Virus record (IMG/VR): IMGVR_UViG_3300009183_000080
Location: 7,433-71,432 of that record
Strand: one strand, 5' to 3'
Origin: a virus
DNA length: 64,000 nt
The translations under genes and the position numbers were made by a program. A model generated the notes under the pieces. That model was given only the letters and a program-made list of their open reading frames with translations. It had not been told where the DNA came from and ran no database searches. This document shows positions 9,895 through 21,100 of this stretch, one piece after another. Each line of letters begins with the position of its first letter. The first letter of the stretch is position 1.

Positions 9895-12800
9895 TTACAC
9901 CTCACTCAAATATATAGTCATGTCTGGTCCTTGCAAACTTCTTGAATAATCTATGTTATAAATAACAAATCTTGAAGTAGAAGATGTAACAAGATCTAAT
10001 CCATTATTATTCTTATAATCAATTGAAACAATATCACCAAGTTGAATTGTGGGGTTTGCAAAAATTTTTAATCCAATTGCTTTTTTCGGAACCATTAACT
10101 TATCTACTAACCATCCCATTAATTCTTCTGCATCTTCTGTATTTTGTATATATTCTCCCTGTATAGAAAAAGCACTTGTTCCATAATTCATTCTGCTTAA
10201 TTTAACATTATTATATTTTTCTTTTTGTATGTTTGGAGAATAAACTATTTTATCGTCTTTAAGTTCTGGGTCTGAAAAACTTGATTTCTTTTTAAAATAA
10301 TCGTCTACTGTAAGTTCATTACTGCTATCACTTGTAAATGCAATACCTTGAATTTTTAAAAAGTTTGAAGTAGTTGTGCTTACGTCTAATAAAGTATCTG
10401 TTGCATTAAATATTAAAAATTCTGCTCCGTACGCATTTGCTTCAAATCCAGATATTGTATATTCTTTTACTTTGTCTGGGGCATTTACTATTTTTGCATA
10501 TAGTGCTGGATAGGCATTGTCAAACCTTGCATTAATATATGCACACTCTCTCATTATAGTTCCAAATTCTTCAAAATGAATATCATAAATTGGAGTAGTT
10601 AAAGGGCTTAATCCACTCAAATATGTTTCTTGTAAAATTCCACTCATTGCATATTTTCTTAATGATTGATTAACGGTAACATCTTTTGCTGCAAATACTT
10701 TTGAAATTTGATTGTTTACTACAAAACCAGAATTTTGTGAATAATTGTTGGTTAAAGCATAAAAATTTTCAAACATACATTTAGATGATCCTCTAATAAA
10801 TAAAGCAGTATTTTGATATGCTGGTAGTGGAGAAGTATCATCAACTTGACCAATTAAAATATCATTTATATATAAATAAAACCTTCTTGTATTTTTATTT
10901 GCTAAATCTTCATATTCTACTGCTAAATCATATACAGTTGTAAACTGTTCACCATATTTTCTTGATATACCAGCAAAATCTCCAGAGTCATATTGAATTT
11001 GTTCATTGAATGCATTAAACAATAATGTTGGAATAGCATTTGCTTGTCCAGTACCTTCTTCAATTTTATAAAATATAATATTTGAAGTGTTTGTTGTTGC
11101 GCCATCTAATGCAATAACTTCAAAGTAGTATCCATTGTTTGTTTCTGGGTTAAGCAGAATTGCAATTCCTCCAGAGTTTCCAGATATAACAACACTTTGT
11201 TCTGGAGATGTTGAACCATTTGAATAGTATGTCATTCCAGAAAGTGGAACTGCAGTAGAAATTATATTACTACTTTCTGTTTTTATTTGCTCATCTCTGT
11301 CACCAATAATACGCATTTTAGTTCCAAAATGTTTAAATACTGCTTTGTCTAGTTTTTTATAAACATAAGATATATGATTAATTGGTTTTGGATCTGTTGC
11401 AATAAAATCTTTACCTTTAAAAACAAGTGCTGATGATTGAACTAATCCTTTATTTTTAACAGGATCTATAGATTGCAAAGATGCTCTTTCTGTTTCTGTA
11501 AAAGGATGTTCTGATAAAAATCTTTTAATTACGCCATTAACAAATGCTGAGTTAGCAATGGTATTTGAAATACCCGCAGGGCCAGCACCAGTGGTTCCGT
11601 CAAATGTAGTGTCTCCAAATAAATATTGAGATTCCATTAAACAACCTCTACGATTAGTAAGACTATACCAGTGTTCATCTAAGGCTGCTTTATGGGAAAC
11701 AATGGTTGTTCCAAATTGAGCCCTTCCATGTTTTGCAACAGAGCCATTTACCATTCTAATAACTCCATTAACTGTTTCATAATATGGCTCTGAGTATATT
11801 CTAACTTTTCCCGTTGGATATAGTTTGCCATTATATTTTAATTTATTTAAATAATTTTTGTATTCAGAATCACTACTTATCCATACGTTTGGGTTTTCAA
11901 GTCCTTCAACAAAATATTGAACTGCATCATATCTAATAACTTCACCATTAGCATAAAAATATCCTTGATTTCTTGAAATTAAATAAATGCTTTCTCCAAA
12001 ATCAATAACATTATTTTTAAGTTGATTATCCATTACGGTTGGCGCTTCATTTATAAGTGTTGAGTTTAGCCCAATTGCTGATAATGTAAATCCACTTGAT
12101 TTTTGATTTGATCCTTTTAATTCTTCATAATTAGATATCTCCCATAAAAGTGATGGTTTATATACCCAAAATTTATTTGATGCACTTGATATGGTTTCTT
12201 CGCCTATTGCTGAAAATGTTTTGTCAATGTATCGTGATGTATAATTGATTTTTCCATCATTATAAATTTTTTTATCTTGAGAAGCAATTGAAATAATATT
12301 AGGAAGTTTTTTACCAGTAATTAATTTATTTTTAATTATGCTCACAGAATTTTCTGAAAGAGATGGACTATTTCCACCAAGTTCATCTTCCCAATATTCA
12401 GTGCTATAAAGTCCGCCATCAAAAAACTCTTCTGCAGTATTGCTATATACCCCTGCATCTTCTGAGGTTAAATCTATCTCTACTAAAACATCATTTGTTT
12501 TTGATCCAATTAATGTTGTATCTATTGACCTCTTTGATGCTTCTGGTATTAAATAATTTTTGCTCATTGCAATAAAATTATTATATTCATCAAAGAACAT
12601 TGCTGTTTGTGTTGATATGGCTAATTCATTTAATACTTCTGCAACGTTTGTATCTGGTCCTACAAAAAAATATGGAATAATTGGATCTGATTCTCCTTCA
12701 ATTCTTTTATAAATATAATTAGTAAATCCAATAGCGTCTAATAAAATTGATATTGCATAACTTACTGATATGTTTGTAAGAAAAAGTTTTGGAGCAAGCA

Positions 12801-14535
12801 TTGATTCAAAATAAAAATAAAAATCTCTTAACTCTAAAGATATAGTTCCACCAGTTACATCTGCCTGTGGAAAACCTTCTGAATACAAAGTTTTAATTGG
12901 AACACTGTAATCATTTCCAGAAACGTTTAAGAGTGTTTCATAGAAATTAAACTTAATATTTTTTGTAACATACTTAGAAATAATACTATTTGTATTATTT
13001 TCATTGAATGCTTGATCATCGTCAAATATTGAAATGTTTCCAGTAGAGGCTAGAAGTTGTCCAACGGGCAAAGAAGTTGATCCAAGATCAGACAATTGTT
13101 TAGTTACTTTATAGTTAATAGTTTTGTTTGATATGTTTGCAATTAGTCTTGGTGACATCTCAATTAAATCAAAGGTTGAATCAAATTTATTCATGGCATC
13201 TACAACAATTCTAACTCCTCTAACATATTGAAACTCACGATATGTAGTAACGTTATCTTTAATAAAATATTCTGGAGATGTAAAATCAGTAACAAAATTT
13301 GTTTCTTTAGTTAAGTCTGAATTTGTTAACTTCCAACCATATTCAGGAACAAAGGTTTGATAAACTTTTGTTGTATTGTTCCAAATATGATAAACTCCTT
13401 TGTCTGTTGCTGATTCTACAACTAAATAAGCATAGCCATCGATTGATTTATTTGGCAATAATGTTGTAGAGGATATTTTTTCAACATGTATAAATCTATT
13501 TTTATGTTCAATTGGAAGAATTAATCCATATGACAATTCCACATATCCATCTTCGTTAATTATTGGAGTTGCATCATCTCTTAAGGAGTTGGCATTAAAA
13601 GTTTTTGCTGATACCCATGAATTTCCAGACAAGTATTCTATTCTCCAGTTAATAGGAACCTGTTTGTTAGAGTTTCCATAAAGTGGATCTGCAATAGGAG
13701 TTGTAGAAGTATTAAAAGGGCCTAAATTTTTACTTCCAACATGTGTTTGCATCTTAACTATAAGTCTATTAGCGGGAACATTTTCTTTATACACTACAAA
13801 TGGTGCAGCATCTTCAATTGGATATTGACTGTTTGTAGAATTTTTTGATATACCTCGTTCTGGTGAATTAATGTCTGTGCCATTTTCTTTTCTAAATGAT
13901 GTCCAATATTTAAATTGATCATCTCTTGCTCCCATATAATATCTTGGTCTTTGTGTAAAAGAACTAATTCCGTTAACAGAATCTTTAACTTTTTTATATT
14001 TTATTTTTTTTATGGGTAAATTATTTGAATCATTTTTTACAATGCCATTGCTATCTTTTTCATAAACAAACTTACCTTCTGCATCTGTTTCATATTCATA
14101 AATAAAATTTCCAGCAGCATCTGTTTCATAAAATTGTTGATTGTCAATTGAATTAGTATTAAAATTATGAAAGTGTCTTCCTGGAATGTAAAAGGCTTTG
14201 TTAATTCCAGATCTTGGACGAAAAGGTTTAATACAATCTTCTAATGAATAAAACATATTATATTGTTCTTCAATCTTAGAAAATAACGAAGGAAGATCAT
14301 CATTATCATAGCCATTGTCAACTACAATATCTGAATCTGTTGCTCCCGTGTAAGCATTGTTAGTGTCGGTTGCATCAAATGAAAGCGGTATTTTTTTTGT
14401 ATCTCTATTTCTATAATTTCCTAATTTAAAAATATTATCTGGAACATTCATATTCCACTCTGCTAATATTGTTGCACGAGTTTCAATTGTTGAAGAAGTT
14501 TCTATATGGTTTTTTAATGTTGTATTTACAAACAT
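9895..14535 (-). CDS. Large minor tail protein (hub / central fibre)
   Basis: 1546 aa, second gene after the tape measure; C-terminal NPTIQLGDIVSI motif typical of tail hub proteins. Confidence 0.75.
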   Translation of the reverse strand: MFVNTTLKNHIETSSTIETRATILAEWNMNVPDNIFKLGNYRNRDTKKIPLSFDATDTNNAYTGATDSDIVVDNGYDNDDLPSLFSKIEEQYNMFYSLEDCIKPFRPRSGINKAFYIPGRHFHNFNTNSIDNQQFYETDAAGNFIYEYETDAEGKFVYEKDSNGIVKNDSNNLPIKKIKYKKVKDSVNGISSFTQRPRYYMGARDDQFKYWTSFRKENGTDINSPERGISKNSTNSQYPIEDAAPFVVYKENVPANRLIVKMQTHVGSKNLGPFNTSTTPIADPLYGNSNKQVPINWRIEYLSGNSWVSAKTFNANSLRDDATPIINEDGYVELSYGLILPIEHKNRFIHVEKISSTTLLPNKSIDGYAYLVVESATDKGVYHIWNNTTKVYQTFVPEYGWKLTNSDLTKETNFVTDFTSPEYFIKDNVTTYREFQYVRGVRIVVDAMNKFDSTFDLIEMSPRLIANISNKTINYKVTKQLSDLGSTSLPVGQLLASTGNISIFDDDQAFNENNTNSIISKYVTKNIKFNFYETLLNVSGNDYSVPIKTLYSEGFPQADVTGGTISLELRDFYFYFESMLAPKLFLTNISVSYAISILLDAIGFTNYIYKRIEGESDPIIPYFFVGPDTNVAEVLNELAISTQTAMFFDEYNNFIAMSKNYLIPEASKRSIDTTLIGSKTNDVLVEIDLTSEDAGVYSNTAEEFFDGGLYSTEYWEDELGGNSPSLSENSVSIIKNKLITGKKLPNIISIASQDKKIYNDGKINYTSRYIDKTFSAIGEETISSASNKFWVYKPSLLWEISNYEELKGSNQKSSGFTLSAIGLNSTLINEAPTVMDNQLKNNVIDFGESIYLISRNQGYFYANGEVIRYDAVQYFVEGLENPNVWISSDSEYKNYLNKLKYNGKLYPTGKVRIYSEPYYETVNGVIRMVNGSVAKHGRAQFGTTIVSHKAALDEHWYSLTNRRGCLMESQYLFGDTTFDGTTGAGPAGISNTIANSAFVNGVIKRFLSEHPFTETERASLQSIDPVKNKGLVQSSALVFKGKDFIATDPKPINHISYVYKKLDKAVFKHFGTKMRIIGDRDEQIKTESSNIISTAVPLSGMTYYSNGSTSPEQSVVISGNSGGIAILLNPETNNGYYFEVIALDGATTNTSNIIFYKIEEGTGQANAIPTLLFNAFNEQIQYDSGDFAGISRKYGEQFTTVYDLAVEYEDLANKNTRRFYLYINDILIGQVDDTSPLPAYQNTALFIRGSSKCMFENFYALTNNYSQNSGFVVNNQISKVFAAKDVTVNQSLRKYAMSGILQETYLSGLSPLTTPIYDIHFEEFGTIMRECAYINARFDNAYPALYAKIVNAPDKVKEYTISGFEANAYGAEFLIFNATDTLLDVSTTTSNFLKIQGIAFTSDSSNELTVDDYFKKKSSFSDPELKDDKIVYSPNIQKEKYNNVKLSRMNYGTSAFSIQGEYIQNTEDAEELMGWLVDKLMVPKKAIGLKIFANPTIQLGDIVSIDYKNNNGLDLVTSSTSRFVIYNIDYSRSLQGPDMTIYLSEV

Positions 14536-15171
14536 TTAAACCTCTTCCAGCGATACCGTAATATCCCAAAGATCATGATTGCTTTGTCCACGCTTAGATA
14601 CCGTATATGAAAAATCAGAAACATAAACCTGAACAATTTGGTTATATTGTTCTAAATGTGTATATGGTGCTGAGGTTCCATCTTGTGCATAGTTATTAAA
14701 CTTGTCATAGGCTAGGAACATCCAAAATGGTCCCGTGTGGTTTTCATACCAGTCTAGCATTTCTACTCCGCCTGCACCCCCGTCAGCGGTATATTCAGGG
14801 GATTGTGTGGTTGCTCCAGTAGTGGCTCCAGTAGTGGCCCAGTTTGGTATAGAAAAATAAGATCTTGATGGAAGGTTTTGCCAACTTACACTTAAAGTAT
14901 TTTTATCAGCAATATGAAAAGACCTCATGTTGCCGTTTACCATTCTTTGTCTTTGTTCAATTCTTTGTGAATTAAATTGAAGAGGACTACGGTTGTGGTC
15001 TGATAGAATTAAAAATTGATTTAGATTAGTAGTTTCTGTAGTGTATGCTCCTATTTCAAATCCTTCTGGCACGTACATTCCGCTTTGTAAAGTTCCTGGA
15101 TTTTCTGACCAAAGAATTCCTTGTGGTCTGGAATAGCGTTTTCTTCCACTCATATATGCTGCGGTAGCCAC
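14536..15171 (-). CDS. Distal tail (Dit-like) protein
   Basis: Immediately follows the tape measure; RMVNGNMRSF and WDITVSLEEV motifs. Confidence 0.65.
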   Translation of the reverse strand: MATAAYMSGRKRYSRPQGILWSENPGTLQSGMYVPEGFEIGAYTTETTNLNQFLILSDHNRSPLQFNSQRIEQRQRMVNGNMRSFHIADKNTLSVSWQNLPSRSYFSIPNWATTGATTGATTQSPEYTADGGAGGVEMLDWYENHTGPFWMFLAYDKFNNYAQDGTSAPYTHLEQYNQIVQVYVSDFSYTVSKRGQSNHDLWDITVSLEEV

Positions 15172-18100
15172 TATAAACCTCTAATTCTTTGATTATCAAT
15201 TTGTCTAATTTGATTAATAACAGTACGTGCAATATCATTTGGATTTGCATTACTGTTAGAAACATTAACACTAAGATTATAATTATACAGGGTTTTGGAA
15301 TTATTTGTGCTAACTGCATTATTTGAAACATTAGCATTACTATATTTTGGGGTTGAAGAACTTGGTGTTTCAAATGTTGGGGAGTTTATAGCACTAAGTA
15401 AAGGACCAAACTTTTGAGTTGCTTTTCTATTTACTACAAATTCTCCAGGAGTAAGCATTGCTGGAACAGTATCAGTTCCAACAGCCATGCCACCAGATGA
15501 CATATATCTAGGAACTATTCCGCCCATTGCATAACCTGTTATGTTCATTTCTTTTCCATATTGTTTTACAGCATCATCAACTCGTTTTTTATCAAATCCA
15601 TATTTTAAAAGATCTAACAATGTTTGTTTTGCAATTTTTACTACATTATCTGGAATTGCAGTAGAAGATTTTAATATATCATAACTCTTACTTTCTTTAT
15701 TAAGAAATCTTAATTCATTTTCTAACCAAACATTGCCCCCAAGTCTTGAGCCTGGAGGGGTTTTCTTTCCTGCTTCATCAACAAAACTAGGCTTAATTCT
15801 TGGGTGAATATCAACAACTTTGCCTAACCCTTTTGCTTCTAATGTATCAACAATTTTTTGGCTATAGTCAGTTCTACTAGAAACTATACCTGTATTTAAT
15901 CCAGTTTTGGTAGTTCCACTCATTCTTGCTGCATCCATTAAAGCCAAAGCCATTAAATCAAAACTTTCCATTATGCTTCCTTTATTTCCTATAGTTTCCA
16001 ATAAAGATCCATCAAAAGGATCATGCAATATTGCAGCAACACCTTTGATTGTTCCTTCTTCACTTTTAGGACCAGCAGAATATATTTGATGGTATAAAGA
16101 TATGTCGTCATCGGCTCCTTGATATAAATAATAATTTGGACCTGTTGTTTTATTTTTCTTTGGCTTATTTAATGGCATGCTGATTTTAGCAGCAGGAATA
16201 GATTTTTTGTCAGCCACTTTTTTTAACGTTTCTTTTAACGTCTCTGGGGTTGAGTACCTTGCTGCAATTTCGGCTCGCAAATCTTTTTCAAATTTTTGTG
16301 CTGCTTTTTCTCCTGCAGTTAATTTAGGATCAGGTAATTTCATTCCTTTAGTTGCTGCATATGCAGTTTGTTTAGGTTCAAATATTTTTTTTAATCCGCT
16401 AGAAATAGAGTTGGATTTTTTAATTACTGACTTAGGTATGCCATCCGCAACCATTGATTTGCTATCTAATTTAAAGCCCATTCCTGGCATAGTTCCCATC
16501 ATCCAGTTGGTAAAGGCATCACCATGTCTATATCCCAAATAGCCTTCTTTTATTAAGGCTTGAATTATTGGCTGGTTTGCATCTGAGTTGGCGCTTGTAA
16601 CATGAGCACCTGGCATGTTGTATTTTATTGCAATTTTTTCTATATCTTTTGGTGTAGCCAAACCTTTACTACCTAAAACTTTTAAAATTGCTGATGGGGT
16701 TAGTGCTGTTTTATATGCGTATTCTCCAAAATCTTCAAATTGATTTTTAGAAATTTTAGCATTAGCAGCAAAATAGTTTCCTGGTCCATAAGCAGCCCTT
16801 GGAGGAGTTCCTTCTCCACTAATTGCTTTTGCATGTCTTTCATAAACAGATAATGGAGAAGCAGTATATGGTGTACTTGTTCTGTGAACGCCTCTTTGAA
16901 GTTGCAGAAGTCCTCCCAGACCTCCTGGCATAGAGTCTACAATTTCTTGAGTTAAATTGGGTTTGTTTAATAATGTTAGCAAATCATCCTTTTTAGTAGC
17001 AATTTTTGAAATAAAATTGGTTGCTGGCTTTTTTACAAATTTTTCTAAAATATTTTTTGGTATATTTTTATATAAAGGATCAGAAGTGTATCTGCCTTCT
17101 AAATTATTTTGCATATATTTTTGCAATGTAGAAAATTCTTCTGGGTTTTTATTTTGTATTGTTAATTTTGGATTTAAATTTTGTGCAAGTTTACCAATAG
17201 ATTTGCTAGCCAATTCAGCCATTAGCGAATTTCTACCGTAATTATCAAAACTACCAGTCCATCGGGTTTCAGGGGTTTCTCCATATTTCCAAGAGTTTGA
17301 AAATGCTTTGGCAACATTTGACATAAAATTTGCAGGTGCAGTCAATGGTTTAGCAATAGTACTTGCAATAGTTTGCATACGAGATTTTGGGGCAAAAGGA
17401 GTGTAAGTACTAAAATCTAGTACGTCACTAGGTAAGTCACCCCAAATATCTGAGTTATTTGAATTATTTTTAATATTATCAAACATCTCTGCTGTTTTTC
17501 TTGCCTGCTCTTCTTTTCTACTTTTTGGCAAATTAATTATTTTTTTAAATGGTGCAGCAATTTTTGATTCTACTGCTTTAAATGGTTTAGCAATTGCTGA
17601 AAGTGCTGTGGAAACTCCTGGTATTAGTTTTAAATATTTTAAAGGATTTGCCATTGTTAAGCCAATACCTAAAGCATCTGATCCTCTTTCTTTTAATCCA
17701 TACCCTTCATTTTTATATAAATTTGCACCAAGAACATTGATATCAGGAACATTAAGTTTTGGTCCCATGCCAGGAATAGCATTAGCACCATCAATTGAAT
17801 TTTGCAAAACTGGTCTTATGAAAGAAGTTGCAGCCATTTGAAAACCTTCTTTAAAGAAATTTCCAATTGCTCCTGCTGTTGTTCCTGCTGCACCTACTAC
17901 CTTTTTTGCAATTGATGATCGTTCAAATTTACCATCAGGTTGAAGATTTTTAACTCCTAAGTATCCACCTTCTGCAAGTTTTTGGGCATTTAAAGATTCA
18001 AACAAACCTACTCCATACTTATCAACACTTCTTGCATTTACAACATATTCTCCATCTGATAGTAATGCGGGTATTGAATCAGAAGTTCCTGTTCCTGGCC

Positions 18101-21100
18101 CGTTGATTTTTCCACCAGATCTAAATCCAGGAATTCCAACACCACGAAGAAAATCTTTTCTTCTTTGTTCTTGGTCTATTAATTTTTGTGCTGCTACTAA
18201 TTCTGCATTTTCTTTATACAGTCTATTAACTTCTTCTGCATCTTTTCTAAGTTGTTCAGATCGTTGTTCTGCGGTTTTTCCTGGAGCAAAACCTTGACTT
18301 GCTTTTTGGTTTGCTATTTTTTGTTCTCCGTCTGATGCTGCTATCTTAGCATTTAGTGCTGCTGTTGCTTCAGCATTTGCTCGTGCTACTGAGTTAGGGA
18401 TAATGTTTCCAGATGCAAATCCTGCTGCTGCAATTCTTGCTTCATCCATTGTTTTTACAAACAATTTAAATTCTTCATGAAGTTCTTTAACAGATGCTTT
18501 AGTTCCTACTGCAGACCCATCCAAAGTCTCAAAAACATTGTCTAAGAATTTTGCTGCACCTTCTGGACCTAATGCTTCAACTGCAAGATTGATTGTTGAA
18601 ATTGCTGCGTCAATTTGATCCTTTGTTAATTTTGTTGTTTGTTCAGTAAGTTTATCCAATTCAATCTTTTTAACTCTAACTTCATTTTCCATATCTATAA
18701 ATCTTTGATCTATAGTTCTGTTCATTTTTTCAAAATCTTCTCTTGTATATGCTTTGCCATCACTGCCAGTTGCAGTAACACCCTTAATTGCATTTTCTTT
18801 TGCTTTTTGTAATGCTTCCATTCTGCTTCTTGCACTTTGTGCAATTTTTGCATTTCGATATTCTTGCATTGCACTGCTTGCTGCAGACATATCTCCACTT
18901 GCAAATGCCTCAGCAATTGACATTTTTCTTGAGGTTAGTTCATTTTCTTTTTCTCTTAAACTATTTATTTCTTCAAGAGCAGTAATTTGTTTATCATAGG
19001 ATTCATTAATGTCATATTCTCTTCTTGAAATTTGTTCTAAGGCATAATCATTATCACCCTTTTGTATGTTTAGTTTAGTTTTTTCTTTAATGTATTCATT
19101 TTCAATCATTTTTTCTTGTATATCAATATAAGCCTTTGCCATTTGAAGTTGTTTGCTTTGAGATTCTGCTGCATCCATTTGTGCTGTTTTTGTAAATCTT
19201 TCATTAATAAAATTTGCTTTTGTTAATTCTTTTTGTTTTAATTTTATTGTATCTAAATCTTCTTGAGAAATTCTTGATTGTGTAATTGCTAAAGCAATAG
19301 CATCAGTGCTAACTACATTGTTGGCTTCTTGTTCACTAAAACCTTGTAGTCTTAATGTATTAATAGCCTTTGTTCTGCGTTCCATTTCTACCAATGCGCT
19401 TACTGTGTTATTATAATTTTGTCCAACTTCTGAAGAAGCCAAACCTGCTTCAAATTTTTGTTGTTTTTTTGTGTCTATACCCGTTACTTTTCCTTTTTTT
19501 GTTTTTATTCCCATTTGGTCCATAAGTTCTTTATCTTGCAGTTGTTCAGGGGTTAGATTTTCTACAAAACGTAAATAGTCTTCACTTATTTTGCCTTCAC
19601 CAAGAGTTCTTAATTTGTTAATAGTTCCGTCAAAATTAATTGGAATTTTTCCTGTTGCAGTCATTACCTTCATTAACTCTTGAAAACCACCAGTTGCTTT
19701 TATTGTTGAGTCATGAAATAGTTTAAGTTTTTTAAGCATGTCATCAAGTAATGAGTCTCTACCTTTTTGTTCGTCTTGTTTTTTTGCTGCTGCTACTTGC
19801 TTTGCCATTGCTTGTTCTAATTCTGTAACTTGTTTTGCTGGGGCTGCTGCCATCGCTTCAGCAGCACGGGCTTTACCTTGAGCCGTACTTAATTGTTTTT
19901 CAATTGCTTGTGGAGACATCCCAGTAGAAGCCAAATAACCACCCATTGCAGCGGGGTCTTCTATGTATGAGCGATAAGCGGATAAAAAAGTTATTGTAAA
20001 TGTTTTTTGTTGATCTGCTGGTAATTTATCAAAATAATCTACTTGAGTACTTAATGCGTTTATTTCATCAACCGACATTCCGTCTATTTTTGCTAAAATG
20101 CCAATTTTTAATTTACCTTTTGTTTTTTGAATTTGTTTAAAAATTTCTTTTAATGCAGCAGTTCCATTTGGATTTTTTTCTATATAATTAGATACAATTT
20201 GCATATCCAATACTTCTCCTGTTTTACCAAGAGTTTTGAAAAAATCTATATTCTCTTGATTGTCACCTGATGAACCGCTAGTCATTTTTAAAACTAATGT
20301 TTTTTGAACTTCTTTTAATGGATTTCCAGAATTATCAATAAACATTGATGCAACTTGTGATGCCTCATTTCCTTGTGTTGGAGAAGAAACTAAAACTTTT
20401 AGTAATGCTTCTGTTCCTTTTTGATCACCTTTAAATAAGTTTGTTAAATTTATAATTTCTGTAGGGCTTACATTTTTTCCTTTAAGTTGTAAATTTATTG
20501 CATATTGTTGTTTTCTTGATATTCCTTCAAAACCTTTAATTGCCTCAACTGCCCCTCCAGCAATATCTTGTTCTGCTGTACCTTTGTATGCTGCTACTGC
20601 TCCTTTTTCAGAAGTTCTTAAAAGTGATGTGGCTGTTTTGGTAGAAGTTGTTTCTACATCATCAAAAAATTTTACAACCTGTTCATTAATTTGTCTATCT
20701 TTTTCAACTAAATCAAGTCTTTGTTTTTCACGCTTGTCTCTTAGTTCATCTGCTTTACCAAATTGTTTCTTTATTTCTAATTGTTCAATTAATTTTTGAG
20801 TTTGAGCATCAAAAGAATTTAAAAGTTCTTGACTTTGTTCTATTGCAATTGATTGAAGTCCAACAGCAGTTCCTGTTGCTTTTGCAATAGAAGCACCATT
20901 AAATAAACCAAATTTAGCAAGTTTAGCATTTTTTACGTTTGCAAATGAGTTTGCAATATTATTTTGTGCAGTATCAAGAAGTTTAACTCTAACTCCAATT
21001 GGATCTTCAAGAGCATTTTCTCCTTTAGGACCCATTAAACTTATTAACTTAGCATTTACACTAATTCCAAAAGAATAGTCATTAAGTTGTTTGCCTAATT

